A stretch of DNA of 64,000 bases from Thermodesulfobacteriota bacterium (GCA_964291405.2 OZ219926.1:4544001-4608000), one strand, 5' to 3'. Counted from the stretch's first letter, positions 37,969 to 48,972 are shown. Notes: generated from the letters alone by a model not told the origin. Translations and numbers: made by a program.

Positions 37969-38894
37969 ACGGTGACCTGCTCCGAAAAAATGGGTGACAC
38001 TGCCTCCTCAGGACTGCGTCCGATGCGATAGGCCCGGAGGGTGAACCGGACACTAGTGACCAGCATGAATGCTCCGACGATGACGTGACTGGTTGCGAGG
38101 AGGACCGACTGAGGAGTCAAGGAGCCATGTGGAGCTATATATTTCATGACATAAGTAAAGAGACCCAGCCCGACCTGGAGGAGGAGAAGCCGACGCAATA
38201 GGATTCCTGAGCGCAGCAAAGGACGCTGGGTGGCGTGATATTGCTGGACATGGTCAACGAGGAGAAAGGTCACGATAAAGACCGTAATGGCTCCCAGGAT
38301 ATGAAGGTTCAGGCCGGTCCCGGTATGGCGGAAGAGTGCGCCCAGAATCAGTTGGCCGTAGATCAGGCTGACTGTGAGAAGACCGAGCTGCTGGACTTTT
38401 TTCGTGTCGCCTGAGGACGGCCCCGGCTGGTCTACCCGCCATTCCGCAGAAGTAAACAGGCTAATACTGGCAATGAGGGCAAAAAACGCCTGGGCCAGGC
38501 AGGCATGAATAATAGCGATTTTTTGCTCAATCAGCACCACGCGAAGGCCACCCAGGACACCTTGGAGTATCACCGCGACCAAGGCAATAAAACCCAGCCG
38601 GCGGAGCCACTGACGTTGCTCCGTGAGCCAGAGAACAACCGCCAGCACAACCGTGAGCAAGCCTACTGATGCACCCAACAGGCGATGGCTATGTTCGTAG
38701 AAGATCCCTCCCACCATCTTTGACCACGGGTATAAGAACATATTATGGCCAAAGGTCGTCGGCCAATCAGGCACAACCATGCCGACCTTGAGGCTGGTGA
38801 CCAGACCGCCAAAAAACAACAACGGGAGGGTCATTGCCGCTGTCAGGATGGCAATCCGATGGGACCAAACAGAATCGTGATCAAGAGCAGCCAA
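37965..38894 (-). CDS. ctaA: Heme A synthase (COX15/CtaA)
   Basis: VPDWP, EHSHRLLG, QGVLGGLRV, conserved His residues. Confidence 0.9.
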   Translation of the reverse strand: MAALDHDSVWSHRIAILTAAMTLPLLFFGGLVTSLKVGMVVPDWPTTFGHNMFLYPWSKMVGGIFYEHSHRLLGASVGLLTVVLAVVLWLTEQRQWLRRLGFIALVAVILQGVLGGLRVVLIEQKIAIIHACLAQAFFALIASISLFTSAEWRVDQPGPSSGDTKKVQQLGLLTVSLIYGQLILGALFRHTGTGLNLHILGAITVFIVTFLLVDHVQQYHATQRPLLRSGILLRRLLLLQVGLGLFTYVMKYIAPHGSLTPQSVLLATSHVIVGAFMLVTSVRFTLRAYRIGRSPEEAVSPIFSEQVTV

Positions 38895-39006
38895 GGCAGT
38901 CTCCTGTGCGAAAACACGAACGTGCGCCGTCGCTCAAACCCTGCTACCCTCCCGAGTCCGGCGGAAACGACCGGGCATTGAGCCAGGCGTACGGCCTCAC
39001 ACTACG

Positions 39007-40860
39007 CTACTGTGAGGCCGTGGCAGCTTCGGGTCCGAGTTTACGGTCCTGGGGCAACCAGTCTTCTTGGACCAGTGGCGAACTATATTCATACGGACCG
39101 CGATAGACCGTGGGCGTTGTCTCGAAGTTGCCGTGACCCGGAGGAGAGGGGGCAGTCCATTCGAGGGTGTTAGCCTCCCACGGGTTCTTATCCGCTTTTT
39201 TCCCGGCAATCAGGCTCCAAATAAAGTTCGCGAAAAAGATAAGCTGCGAGAGGCCCAGGCAGAAGGCACTCATGGTGATGAACACATTCCACCACTGCAT
39301 GTCGTGCAGAAATTCATACTGCAGGGGGTTATAGATACGCCGCATGTGGCCGCCCACACCCAGAAAATGCATGGGGAAAAAGGCACAGTTGAAGAAAATA
39401 TAGGTCAGAGCAAAATGCACTTTGCCCAAGGTCTCGTTCATCATCCGGCCAAATATTTTAGGGAACCAATAGTAGAGAGCGGCAAACATGCCAAAGATAA
39501 TGCCGGCTACCACATAGTGGAAGTGGGCAACAATAAAATAGGTATCGTGGATAAAGATATCGACCGGTGTCGAGGCCATGTAAATGCCGCTTAAGCCCCC
39601 AATCACAAAGTTGGAAACAAAGCCCAGGGCGAAGAGCATCGGACTGGTGAAACGGATATTGCCGCCCCAGAGGGTCCCCAGCCAGTTGAACGTCTTAATA
39701 GCGGAGGGAACGGCAATGACCATCGTGGTCAGCATGAAGGCGGTCCCCAGGACGGGATTCATACCGCTGACGAACATATGGTGCCCCCAGACGATCCAGG
39801 ACAGGAAGGCCAGGGCCATCATGGAAAAGGCCATGGCTTTATAGCCGAAGATCGGTTTGCGGGAAAAGGTGGACAGAATATCGGACGTGACACCCATGGC
39901 CGGCAGCACGAGAATATACACCTCGGGATGACCGAAGAACCAGAACAAATGCTGCCATAAGATGGGCTCGCCTCCACCGCCCGGCATAAAAAAGCTCGTT
40001 CCCATTGTCCGGTCAAAGAGCAGCATCCCCAGGGCGGCTGTGAGAACCGGCAGAGCGAGCAGCAGCAGAATGGCAGTGACAAACAACGACCAGATCACCA
40101 GCGGCATCCGGAACCAGGTCATGCCCGGCGCCCGCATATTCACGACTGTGGTGATGTAGTTGATCGCACCCATGAGGGAAGAAACACCCAAGATCAGCAG
40201 ACTGATAACCCACAGATCGGCGCCTGTATCGACCCCGCTCAGGGTTGGGTCTGCCGAGAGGGTGGCATACATGGTCCAGCCGCCGGCCGCGGCGCCCCCT
40301 TCTACAAAGAAGCTGTAAACGATCATAATTGTCGCTGGAACCGCCGTCCAAAAAGACAGCATATTCAGCACGGGAAAAGCCATGTCGCCGGCACCGATCA
40401 TCAGCGGAATGAGGTAATTCCCAAACCCGCCGACCATAAACGGCATCACGACAAAAAAGATCATAATCGTCGCGTGCATGGTAAAGACGGAGTTGTAGAA
40501 GGCGGGGTCCATATGGGCGCCAGCCACGGAGCCCAGTGATTTGGCAAAGTTTGCGCCTGGATAGGGGTCCACGTATTCGCTCAGGCCCTCGACTGCGCCG
40601 ACTGTGCTGTCCTCGTCCGCAGGATACATAAAGGGCTCAGAGATCCAACTGGTAAAAGGCACCGGGGTCTCCGGCCAGGCGAGTTCCCAGCGCATCATCA
40701 TGGCTAAGAGACCACCGACAATAAGCATGAGGATACTGGCGAACAGAAACTGGCGGCCAATCATCTTATGATCGGTTGAAAAAATATAGGTGCGAATAAA
40801 CCCGAGCTCATGATGCTCTGCGTGTGCGTCGTGGGCGGCAGCTGCTCCTGCTTCACTCAT
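39007..40860 (-). CDS. ctaD: Cytochrome c oxidase subunit I (A1 type)
   Basis: STDHK, WFFGHPEVY, WGHHMF, AHFHYV; start MSEAG after AGGAG. Confidence 0.96.
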   Translation of the reverse strand: MSEAGAAAAHDAHAEHHELGFIRTYIFSTDHKMIGRQFLFASILMLIVGGLLAMMMRWELAWPETPVPFTSWISEPFMYPADEDSTVGAVEGLSEYVDPYPGANFAKSLGSVAGAHMDPAFYNSVFTMHATIMIFFVVMPFMVGGFGNYLIPLMIGAGDMAFPVLNMLSFWTAVPATIMIVYSFFVEGGAAAGGWTMYATLSADPTLSGVDTGADLWVISLLILGVSSLMGAINYITTVVNMRAPGMTWFRMPLVIWSLFVTAILLLLALPVLTAALGMLLFDRTMGTSFFMPGGGGEPILWQHLFWFFGHPEVYILVLPAMGVTSDILSTFSRKPIFGYKAMAFSMMALAFLSWIVWGHHMFVSGMNPVLGTAFMLTTMVIAVPSAIKTFNWLGTLWGGNIRFTSPMLFALGFVSNFVIGGLSGIYMASTPVDIFIHDTYFIVAHFHYVVAGIIFGMFAALYYWFPKIFGRMMNETLGKVHFALTYIFFNCAFFPMHFLGVGGHMRRIYNPLQYEFLHDMQWWNVFITMSAFCLGLSQLIFFANFIWSLIAGKKADKNPWEANTLEWTAPSPPGHGNFETTPTVYRGPYEYSSPLVQEDWLPQDRKLGPEAATASQ

Positions 40861-40923
40861 TGACTCTCTCCTGTTTTGATCCTGTCCGGATGCTGTGTCT
40901 GTGGTTCCACCATTCAGGGTCAA

Positions 40924-41760
40924 CTACTCAGTTGCTTCTTGAGCGACGCTGTCAGCCGCCCCTTCCGTCGCACTCATATCTTCTTCCGGTGGTGCAGCGG
41001 CTTCAGCCTCTGGCTCGGACATGGTTTCCTCGTCCATGGCTGCACCGCTCGCCAGGACTTCCTCGGTTGTTTCTGCCGCACTGGCGTCGCGACCGTTTGT
41101 TTCGGCAGGCGGCCAGCGCTCATCATACCAGGCCGCGTAGTCTTCCGGCGTATCGACGTAGAGCGTCCCTTTCATCCCCGAATGACCGAAGCCGCACAAC
41201 TCCGCACAGGGCGCCTCATAGATGCCAGCCTTATCCGCCTGGAACCAGGCTTCGATGAACCGGCCGGGCAGCATATCCTGCTTGAAGCGCAGGTGGGGCA
41301 TAAAGAGGCTGTGGATGACATCCTTGGAGCCCAAAAAGACGCGCACCGGCTTGCCCACCGGGACATGCATGTCATTGTCAACCTGATAGTCGTCGGCGGT
41401 TTCAAATTCTCCATCCGGCCCCGGATAGAGCACCTCCCAGTTGAACTGTTTCCCGGTGACGCGAATTTCTACGTCCGTTTCCGGAACGTTGAGCTTGACT
41501 TCCTCCCAGATGCTCTTGCTGGCGAGTCCCAAACCGATAAAGACCAGGGCGGGAATAATGGTCCAGAGGAGTTCCAGGCCGGAATGGCCATGCGTGTAGA
41601 CGGCGCGCCGGCTGTCGTCCCGTCGATACTGATAGAGGAAGATGATCATCAACGCCGTGACCAGGATAAAGGCGGCCGCGGTAATGTAATAAATAAAGTA
41701 GAAGAGCGCATCAATGCTTCCCCCGTATGGGGATACATCTTCCGGAAGCCATTGCATCAT
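40924..41760 (-). CDS. ctaC: Cytochrome c oxidase subunit II
   Basis: LELLWTIIP, DVIHS, CAELCGFGHSGM CuA site; acidic tail, no heme c domain. Confidence 0.95.
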   Translation of the reverse strand: MMQWLPEDVSPYGGSIDALFYFIYYITAAAFILVTALMIIFLYQYRRDDSRRAVYTHGHSGLELLWTIIPALVFIGLGLASKSIWEEVKLNVPETDVEIRVTGKQFNWEVLYPGPDGEFETADDYQVDNDMHVPVGKPVRVFLGSKDVIHSLFMPHLRFKQDMLPGRFIEAWFQADKAGIYEAPCAELCGFGHSGMKGTLYVDTPEDYAAWYDERWPPAETNGRDASAAETTEEVLASGAAMDEETMSEPEAEAAAPPEEDMSATEGAADSVAQEATE

Positions 41761-41889
41761 AAGATTTCTTAGCCCCTTGTGTTGTGGAGAATTGTTCCTC
41801 TTTATACCGGAAAGCAGGGCTACCGCAAGGGGAGGGATGGTGGGCTGAATGCGTGTAAATGTAGGCGGAATATGACGTCCAGTGTCTCG

Positions 41890-41928
41890 GCGAGTCGGCT
41901 GTGAAAAGCCGGATCACAGCCGACTCGC
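41890..41928. repeat. Perfect 15-bp inverted repeat in divergent promoter region
   Basis: GCGAGTCGGCTGTGA-N9-TCACAGCCGACTCGC. Confidence 0.75.
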
Positions 41929-41975
41929 TTCGATATTGACAACGACCCACGGACTCGATACTCCTCCTATCTATA

Positions 41976-42161
41976 ATGGTAAATAAAACAGGCTGGGATC
42001 AGTTTTTAGAAATCGTTCTGAAGCCCGACAACATCCCCATCGTGGGTTTGATGTTTTTGATCTTCTATTTTACCTGGCTGGCATTTCGCGAGGCGCGCAA
42101 AAACGATCAACTGATCGAAGAAGGCCGCGCCGACGAGATCTTGCGGGAGATGCAGAAGTAG
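41976..42161 (+). CDS. Small membrane protein with KPDNIPI motif
   Basis: 61 aa, one TM helix, 13 nt upstream of the ferredoxin gene. Confidence 0.7.
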   Translation: MVNKTGWDQFLEIVLKPDNIPIVGLMFLIFYFTWLAFREARKNDQLIEEGRADEILREMQK

Positions 42162-42174
42162 GGAGGCGGACTGC

Positions 42175-42645
42175 ATGCCGTTTACTATCATCGCCGAGAA
42201 CTGTACGGGGTGCAGCGCGTGTGAACAGCGCTGTCCAACCAAAGCCATCAGTGGCGATCCCAAAAAAGCCTATCTGATTGAACCGACGATGTGCATCGAC
42301 TGCGGTGCGTGTGGGGTCATCTGCCCCGATGATGCCATCCTCGACACGTATGGCAATCTGACTCAGGTCCTCAAGCGGGTTGACCGCCCGATAGCCGTTG
42401 TCCATCAGGATAACTGCAACGGCTGCGGGGTGTGTATTGATGTCTGTCCTTTTGACTGCATCTCTCCCTCGGCCGACAACGGTCCGCAATACCTCGGTCG
42501 GGTGCAGGTCGAAGAGAAGACCTGTGTGGGCTGTAAGCTGTGTGAGGAGGTATGCGGTTGGGAAGGCATCTATATTATGCCGACCAGGGAAAAAGAGCCT
42601 TTCCTGACCTCGATTGGGGTCGAACTCGAAGAATCAACCGCATAG
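42175..42645 (+). CDS. 4x[4Fe-4S] polyferredoxin
   Basis: Four CxxCxxCxxxC motifs; GGAGG RBS. Confidence 0.9.
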   Translation: MPFTIIAENCTGCSACEQRCPTKAISGDPKKAYLIEPTMCIDCGACGVICPDDAILDTYGNLTQVLKRVDRPIAVVHQDNCNGCGVCIDVCPFDCISPSADNGPQYLGRVQVEEKTCVGCKLCEEVCGWEGIYIMPTREKEPFLTSIGVELEESTA

Positions 42646-42675
42646 CCGACCGTTTCACCCGTCGGCAGATATTTT

Positions 42676-43548
42676 TCAGATAATCTTGTTGAGCGGATAC
42701 TCGATAATGCCGACCGCTCCGTTTTGAATGAGCTGGGGAATCAGCTCACGGACAATCCCTTCGTCAATCACGCTTTCCACGGCGAACCACTCGGACTCAT
42801 ACAGGGGCGAGACGGTTGGGGCGGTCAGGCTCGGCAGCATTTTGACAATACGGTCAAGATGCTCCTTGGGCACGTTCATCTTGAGGCCGACTTTCGCTTC
42901 TGCGCTTAGGGCGCCCTTCAGCAGCAGGGCAATCTGGTTGATCTTCTCTCGCTTTTTCTCATCCTGCATGGCCCGTTTATTGGCAATAAGCTGCGGGTTG
43001 GAGCGAAACAGCTCGTGAATGATCTTGAGCCCGTGGGCACGAATGGTTGAGCCTGATTCGGTCACTTCAACAATGGCGTCAACCAGGCCATCGGCGGCCT
43101 TGGCCTCGGTCGCTCCCCAGGAAAATTCGACCTCGACCCGGATGCCCCGTTCGTCGAAATAGCGCTTGGTATAATGCACCAGCTCGGTCGCAATTCTTTT
43201 CCCGTTCAGATCGTTGATATCTCGAATGGGCGAGTCCTGAGGAATGGCGAGCACCCAGCGCGTCGGCTGAAAGCTGGCTTTGGAGTACACCAGGTCGATA
43301 ATGGGCTCGACATCGGAGTTGTTCTCCATGATCCAGTCTTTACCGGTGATCCCGGCATCCAGGGTCCCGGACTCGACATACCGTGCCATTTCCTGAGCCC
43401 GGACCAGCGCGCAGCGCAGGGTCGGGTCATCAATACTGGGGAAATAGCTACGCGAGCTGGTCGATACTTTCCAACCCGACTTTTTGAAGAGCTCAACCGT
43501 CGTTGCCTCCAGACTTCCTTTGGGAAGTCCAAGCCTCAAAATTTCCAT
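42676..43548 (-). CDS. hisG: ATP phosphoribosyltransferase (long form)
   Basis: [24 protein letters not shown]-terminal ACT-like domain; start MEILRL. Confidence 0.95.
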   Translation of the reverse strand: MEILRLGLPKGSLEATTVELFKKSGWKVSTSSRSYFPSIDDPTLRCALVRAQEMARYVESGTLDAGITGKDWIMENNSDVEPIIDLVYSKASFQPTRWVLAIPQDSPIRDINDLNGKRIATELVHYTKRYFDERGIRVEVEFSWGATEAKAADGLVDAIVEVTESGSTIRAHGLKIIHELFRSNPQLIANKRAMQDEKKREKINQIALLLKGALSAEAKVGLKMNVPKEHLDRIVKMLPSLTAPTVSPLYESEWFAVESVIDEGIVRELIPQLIQNGAVGIIEYPLNKII

Positions 43549-43864
43549 ATCGTCTCTTTTACTAACCCTGTGGTGTTTGGATTTTTGTGTGGTGTGTGAC
43601 AGCCCGATACGTCCGCTCCGACGGATGGGGCCTGTCCCGGCCTGACGCAAGTCTGTTGGTTTCTTGCCCGCATCTCCTACCACAACGGACCGTCTGCCGC
43701 AAGTAAAGTGCTCCGCCGAGGGTGGCTGAAAAGCGGCTCGTTCCATTATTGGGCCAGGGGGGAGTGAGAAGCACCGCAATAGGCGTTCTCCTGTGTCTTT
43801 GCTACATATAGCGCGGCAACGAATGGAATATGTCTGAACCGCACCAAACGCGGCATAGCGGGAG

Positions 43865-44899
43865 ATGATACTTATGAAGCTGTCTGAGATTGCCGAACGC
43901 CTCCAGTGTGAACTGCACGGGAACACCGACCCGGTGATTGCCGACCTCAAGCCTATAGACGAGGCCGGTCCCCAAGACCTGACCTTTGTCAGCAATAAAA
44001 AATATTTTGCAAAATTACCGACAACACGAGCCGCGGCCGTTATTCTGTCGGTCGACGCTCCATCCGTGCCGCTGCCCTCGCTGCGTATCGACAGTCCCGA
44101 CCTTGCTGTCGCCCAGGTGCTGGGGTGGTTATATCCGCCGTATGAACCGCCTGAAGGCGTCCATCCCACGGCTGTTGTCTCTCCCTCTGCCCGCATCGGC
44201 GCGCATGCCTTCATTGGCCCCTATGCGGTGATTGGTGATGATGTCGTGATCGGCGCGCATGCGCGTATCTTCGCCCATGTGGTGATTTATCCCGAGGTGA
44301 ACATTGGTCATCACTTTACGGCCCATGCCGGGGCGATCGTGCGTGAACGCGTGGTGATCGGCAATCATGTGGTCCTGCAGAGCGGTGTGGTCGTTGGCGG
44401 AGACGGATTTGGCTATGTCCCGCTGCCCGACGGGTCGATTATGTCCAAGCCGCAGGCCGGTATCGTTGAGTTGCAGGACGAGGTCGAGCTGGGCGCCAAC
44501 ACGACGATTGATCGGGCCACCGTAGGGACAACGCGTGTACGGAAGGGAACCAAGATCGACAACCTGGTGCAAATCGGCCATGGCTCGGATGTTGGCGAGT
44601 ACGCTTTTATCTGTGCCCAGGCCGGCCTTGCCGGCAGTACGACGCTGGAGGACCGGGTCCAACTCGGCGGACAGGTTGGTGTGGCTGGTCATCTCACGGT
44701 TGGTAAGAATACGATGGTGGTGGCCCAGAGCGGCATTCCCAACGATGTCCCGGCGAATAGTGTCATCGGAGGCTATCCGGCGGTGAATGTCCTTTCCTGG
44801 AGACGGACTTCTGCTGCCCTGCCCAAGCTGCCGGAACTGCTACGCAGGGTCCGGAAACTGGAACAGGCGTTGGCCGCCTTACAGAAAGAAGCAGAATAA
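43865..44899 (+). CDS. lpxD: UDP-3-O-acylglucosamine N-acyltransferase
   Basis: LTFVSNKKY, hexapeptide repeats, [18 protein letters not shown]. Confidence 0.96.
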   Translation: MILMKLSEIAERLQCELHGNTDPVIADLKPIDEAGPQDLTFVSNKKYFAKLPTTRAAAVILSVDAPSVPLPSLRIDSPDLAVAQVLGWLYPPYEPPEGVHPTAVVSPSARIGAHAFIGPYAVIGDDVVIGAHARIFAHVVIYPEVNIGHHFTAHAGAIVRERVVIGNHVVLQSGVVVGGDGFGYVPLPDGSIMSKPQAGIVELQDEVELGANTTIDRATVGTTRVRKGTKIDNLVQIGHGSDVGEYAFICAQAGLAGSTTLEDRVQLGGQVGVAGHLTVGKNTMVVAQSGIPNDVPANSVIGGYPAVNVLSWRRTSAALPKLPELLRRVRKLEQALAALQKEAE

Positions 44900-44901
44900 C
44901 G

Positions 44902-47133
44902 ATGTGGGAGAGCGATGGTCTGGCTACATCGGATGCAACGGCCACGGGCGACGTAGCGCAGCTCTGGTTGTTCACAGCAACGATATTTGTTGGCGCGACG
45001 CTCCTGTTCCTGGTTCAGCCGCTGTTCGCAAAAATGGTGTTGCCCCTGCTCGGAGGCTCACCGTCGGTCTGGAATACTGCCCTGGTGTTTTTTCAGGCCG
45101 TGCTGCTGGCCGGGTATGGATATGCGCATTGGCTTATGCGATGGCTCGGTCAGCGCAACCAGATCATTGTGCATGGCTGCGTGCTGGCTATGGCGGCTCT
45201 TGTGCTGCCCATTGGCGTCGCTTCAGGCTGGCGACCCCACGCCGGGACGCCACCGGCAGTGTGGCTGCTAGGTCTTCTCACCGTCTCGGTCGGCGCACCA
45301 TTCTTTGCCGTTTCCGCAACCGCACCGCTGATCCAGCGGTGGTTTGCGCGTACCGGCCATCCGCATGCGCACGATCCCTATTTTCTCTATAGCGCGAGTA
45401 ATCTTGGCAGCGTACTCGCCCTGTTGGCGTTTCCGTTTGTCTTGGAACCCACGCTCAGCAGCAATGATCAGAGTATTGTCTGGAGTATTGGTTTCGGGGT
45501 CTTGACGGTGTGCATCATTGGTTGTGGCGTCTTGGTGTGGCGACGTACCGACGCGGCGAGCATCTCGCCTTGGCCGCATGCAACGGCGCGCCCGAACTGG
45601 CGTCAGCGCGCGACCTGGATGGTCTATGCTGCGGTGCCCTCCGCTCTCTTGCTTGGTGTCACCACCCATATTAGTACGGACATCGCTGCTGCCCCGCTGC
45701 TGTGGGTGGTACCACTGACGCTCTATCTGCTCACGTTCGCTATTGCCTTTGCCCGGCATCCGTTGATCCCGCATTGGCTTGCGGTACGGGCCATGCCTCT
45801 GGCGTTGATGGTCCTGGTAGCGCTCTTCGTTTGGCGTGAACCTATCGGCGTTTTCCTGCCGCTGCACCTGCTGGTGTTCTTCGTCATCGCGCTCATGTGC
45901 CACGGCGAGCTCGTGCGTCATCGTCCTGACGTGGAATCTCTGACCGAATTCTATCTGTTTCTCTCACTCGGCGGTGTCATGGGCGGTGCGTTTGTTGCCT
46001 TATGCGCGCCAGTGCTGTTCAACACCGTCTTCGAGTATCCGCTGAGCCTGACGCTGGCCGCAGCGCTATTACCCAGTGCAACCCCGCGGGCCAACCGCGC
46101 CGATGTCATCTTGGCGCTGGTGATACTGGCCGTGTTGGTTGGCGGGAAAATAGTGGCCAGTGGTCTTGGCTGGCAGCCCCACACGTTCGTGGTCCCCAGT
46201 ATATGCGCGGTTTTCGCGCTGGTCGCCTTCGCCCGCCAAACACGCCCGTTCGGCTTTGCGCTGTGCGTTGGTGTACTTTTGGTCAGTAGCGCGTACGCCC
46301 TGACGAGCAGCGAGGTTCTGTGGCGGGGGCGTAGCTTCTTTGGCGTCTACCGTATCTCCGAGTCTGGTGACCCGACTAACCGTAGTCTGGTCCACGGCAC
46401 GACCAATCATGGCGGCCAACTGATGGCGGCTAACGGGGATGTTAGCCCGACCGCCTATTACACGTCTTCGAGTCCGGTCACTGAGGTGCTGGTCACCGTG
46501 CAAGCGCGCAGTGTCGGGCAGCGTGTCGGCGTGGTCGGTCTGGGGAGTGGCGCGCTGGCCTGCTACCGTCGCGCTGGCGACACGTGGCGTTTTTTCGAGA
46601 TCGACCCGCTGATGGTCTGGATAGCGGTCGAGAGTGGCTACTTCGACCTGATGACCCGCTGTGCCGAGTCCGTATCCGAGTCCGTGCCTGTCGTGCTCGG
46701 CGATGCACGCCTGACCCTGACTGAGGAACCCGACGGGCGCTTGGACGTGCTGGTTATTGACGCATTCTCATCCGATGCAATCCCGATACACCTGCTGACT
46801 CGTGAAGCCGTCGCGCTGTATATGGACAAGCTTGCTGCGGATGGCGTCCTGGTAACGCATATATCGAACCGTTTTCTTAATCTGACCCCGGTGCTCGCCG
46901 GCATTGTTGAGGAACTGGGCTATGCGGCGCTGCGGGGTAGCAGCGGTAAGATTGACCGTGAGATCGACCCTGCGGGAACGAAGTCAGTCTGGGTGCTGAT
47001 CGCTCGTGACCAAGCGACGATCGATGCGCTTGCGCTGGGCGAGATGTGGGGGCCGCTCGAAACGCCGACGGACGGACGGGTGTGGAGCGACGATTTCTCC
47101 AACCTGCTCGAAGTCATTCGCTGGACCGGTTGA
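44902..47133 (+). CDS. Fused multi-TM / spermidine synthase-like SAM-dependent protein
   Basis: LLFLVQP, HGTTNHG, VGLGSG, FEIDP, LGDARL, DAFSSD, WSDDFSN. Confidence 0.85.
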   Translation: MWESDGLATSDATATGDVAQLWLFTATIFVGATLLFLVQPLFAKMVLPLLGGSPSVWNTALVFFQAVLLAGYGYAHWLMRWLGQRNQIIVHGCVLAMAALVLPIGVASGWRPHAGTPPAVWLLGLLTVSVGAPFFAVSATAPLIQRWFARTGHPHAHDPYFLYSASNLGSVLALLAFPFVLEPTLSSNDQSIVWSIGFGVLTVCIIGCGVLVWRRTDAASISPWPHATARPNWRQRATWMVYAAVPSALLLGVTTHISTDIAAAPLLWVVPLTLYLLTFAIAFARHPLIPHWLAVRAMPLALMVLVALFVWREPIGVFLPLHLLVFFVIALMCHGELVRHRPDVESLTEFYLFLSLGGVMGGAFVALCAPVLFNTVFEYPLSLTLAAALLPSATPRANRADVILALVILAVLVGGKIVASGLGWQPHTFVVPSICAVFALVAFARQTRPFGFALCVGVLLVSSAYALTSSEVLWRGRSFFGVYRISESGDPTNRSLVHGTTNHGGQLMAANGDVSPTAYYTSSSPVTEVLVTVQARSVGQRVGVVGLGSGALACYRRAGDTWRFFEIDPLMVWIAVESGYFDLMTRCAESVSESVPVVLGDARLTLTEEPDGRLDVLVIDAFSSDAIPIHLLTREAVALYMDKLAADGVLVTHISNRFLNLTPVLAGIVEELGYAALRGSSGKIDREIDPAGTKSVWVLIARDQATIDALALGEMWGPLETPTDGRVWSDDFSNLLEVIRWTG

Positions 47134-47149
47134 CGTGGCGGACAGGAGA

Positions 47150-48067
47150 TCAGGGCCGTTTCGTGACGTCGATGCCAATCCCGCCTAACATGACCGGGCT
47201 GCCCCAGGGGTCAACGATAGGAAATTTGCTCACCAGCCATTCCTGCGGACCGTCAGGGTAGGGAACCGTCTCTGTCAGTTGTTCGCTCTGTCCGTTGGTG
47301 AGGACACGCTGATCGTTTGCTCGAACCTGTTCCGCCACGTCGGGCGGAAAAAGGTCGAAGTCAGTCTGGCCGAGCCAGGTGAGGGTCTTGTCCGAGAGCA
47401 GGGTCTTCCACAGATTCACCAAAGTCTCATTCGCGTACAAATAGTGCCCCTCCAGGTCTTTGATAAAGGCGACGCCGGGCAAGTGGTGGAGGAACAGAGA
47501 CAGACGTTCTTCCGTTTGCTGGAGCGTTTCTTCGATATGTTTGCGCTCCGTAATGTCCAGGGTTGCGCCATCAATACGGGTCGGCTGGCCATCCGGTCTG
47601 ACGCGGGCCCGCGCCCGCGAACGGAGCCACTTAATGCTGCCGTCTTGCGTGACGATGCGAAATTCATATTCGGTTGTTTGTTCGGGGGGGAGGGATTGGA
47701 GGGTCTGTGTCACCTTCGCTAAGTCATCCGGATGAATATACTGTTGGAGCGGATTGGGTTTACCGATAAGTGTCTTGGTGGCGTACCCGGTGATCCGGGT
47801 AAAACTCTCAGTCAGCCAGTCCAGGATGAAGCGGTCTTGGTCATTGACGCGAAAGGAGAACGCATAATCAAAGGCCGATTCGTTAATGACCCGCTGTCGT
47901 GCTTCACTCTCGCGTAAGGCGGCCTCCGTCTGTTGGTGTTCGGTTTCAATCGCTTCGAGCTGCGCCACCCGATTGCGCAGGGCGGATATTTCCTGCTCAA
48001 GCGCGGCTCTGGGTTTTCTCGCCGTGCTCATGCTCTTCGTCTTACTCTCTTTGCTCGTCCTGCCCAT
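47150..48067 (-). CDS. Coiled-coil + two PAS/PAC domains, no output domain (probably truncated)
   Basis: IHPDD...DITERK; IKDLEG.Y...GIGIDVTKRP* stops right after the second PAC. Confidence 0.75.
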   Translation of the reverse strand: MGRTSKESKTKSMSTARKPRAALEQEISALRNRVAQLEAIETEHQQTEAALRESEARQRVINESAFDYAFSFRVNDQDRFILDWLTESFTRITGYATKTLIGKPNPLQQYIHPDDLAKVTQTLQSLPPEQTTEYEFRIVTQDGSIKWLRSRARARVRPDGQPTRIDGATLDITERKHIEETLQQTEERLSLFLHHLPGVAFIKDLEGHYLYANETLVNLWKTLLSDKTLTWLGQTDFDLFPPDVAEQVRANDQRVLTNGQSEQLTETVPYPDGPQEWLVSKFPIVDPWGSPVMLGGIGIDVTKRP

Positions 48068-48251
48068 CGTATTCAGAGTCCGCTTTTTCGTCAGGCTGGG
48101 CTCACCCTCCTCTCCCTATAGACCAATCCATCTAGTGAAGTAAAGAAAAACTCCACCGGGCCTCAAGGGACGAGAAGAAAAGCAGCAGAGTCAGCGGAAA
48201 ATCGCTGACTCGCTAGACTGCAGCCTAGATATCTGGAAAAGAGCGCCTCGG

Positions 48252-48830
48252 TCAGGCACCCTCCCGCTGGCCTGGATGCAGCAGGTTGGGCCGCGGCGGG
48301 AGGGTCAGAACTTCCTCGGAAAAGAACTCGGCGAGATATTGAACGATATGCTTGACGGATAACAGCCCGACCGGCTGCCCATCATCATCAACAAGCGGCA
48401 GCCGCCGGAATGCGCCCTCTCCCATGAGGTTGAGGGCAAAGGCAATGGGCGCATCAACGACGAGAGTTTCCGGGTCAGGTGTCATGACACTCTCGACCAG
48501 GGTCTGATTCAGGTCCAGTCGAGGCCCGATCACACGGTTCAACAGGTCCCGTTCTGTAAAGATGCCGATAATGGCCTGTTCTTGTCGGACGAGTACACAG
48601 CCAATTTTGTTCTCTCGCATCTGGGCAATGGCATCTGAGACCGTTGTCTTTGGATCAACAATCACCAACGGGACATACGGCAGCCTGCTGATCGGCTCGT
48701 TCAGCAGGCTCTCATCCAGCCGCTTGCTCGGTTCGGAGAGGCGCTCCGTTATAGTCTGCTCTTCCTCTACGAGGCCCTCGCCGGGGTAGGCGTCCGTATC
48801 GACTTGGTGTGAGGCTTTTACCTGTGCCAT
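48252..48830 (-). CDS. Tandem CBS-domain protein
   Basis: IGIFTERD, VMTPDP, FRRLPLVD...VGLLS. Confidence 0.88.
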   Translation of the reverse strand: MAQVKASHQVDTDAYPGEGLVEEEQTITERLSEPSKRLDESLLNEPISRLPYVPLVIVDPKTTVSDAIAQMRENKIGCVLVRQEQAIIGIFTERDLLNRVIGPRLDLNQTLVESVMTPDPETLVVDAPIAFALNLMGEGAFRRLPLVDDDGQPVGLLSVKHIVQYLAEFFSEEVLTLPPRPNLLHPGQREGA

Positions 48831-48930
48831 AAGTTTCCCTCCTCGACATGAGAATGTCTCAGGCATTCCTTAGCACCGAGTTAGAGATAAATACAAGAAA
48901 AAATGGAGGTACCTCCGGTTGCCCTGTTCT

Positions 48931-48964
48931 CCTCACCCCAGCCCTCTCCCCCAAGGGAAGAGGG
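48931..48964. repeat. REP-like element
   Basis: CCTCACCCCAGCCCTCTCCC..GGGAAGAGGG hairpin immediately after the phaC-like stop. Confidence 0.5.
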
Positions 48965-48972
48965 CGTAATTC

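Noticed and set aside
43549-44214. N-terminal 220 aa of the 512-aa hisG ORF in the track
   Set aside because: Antisense shadow of lpxD plus intergenic DNA; HisG similarity begins at MEILRL (43548).
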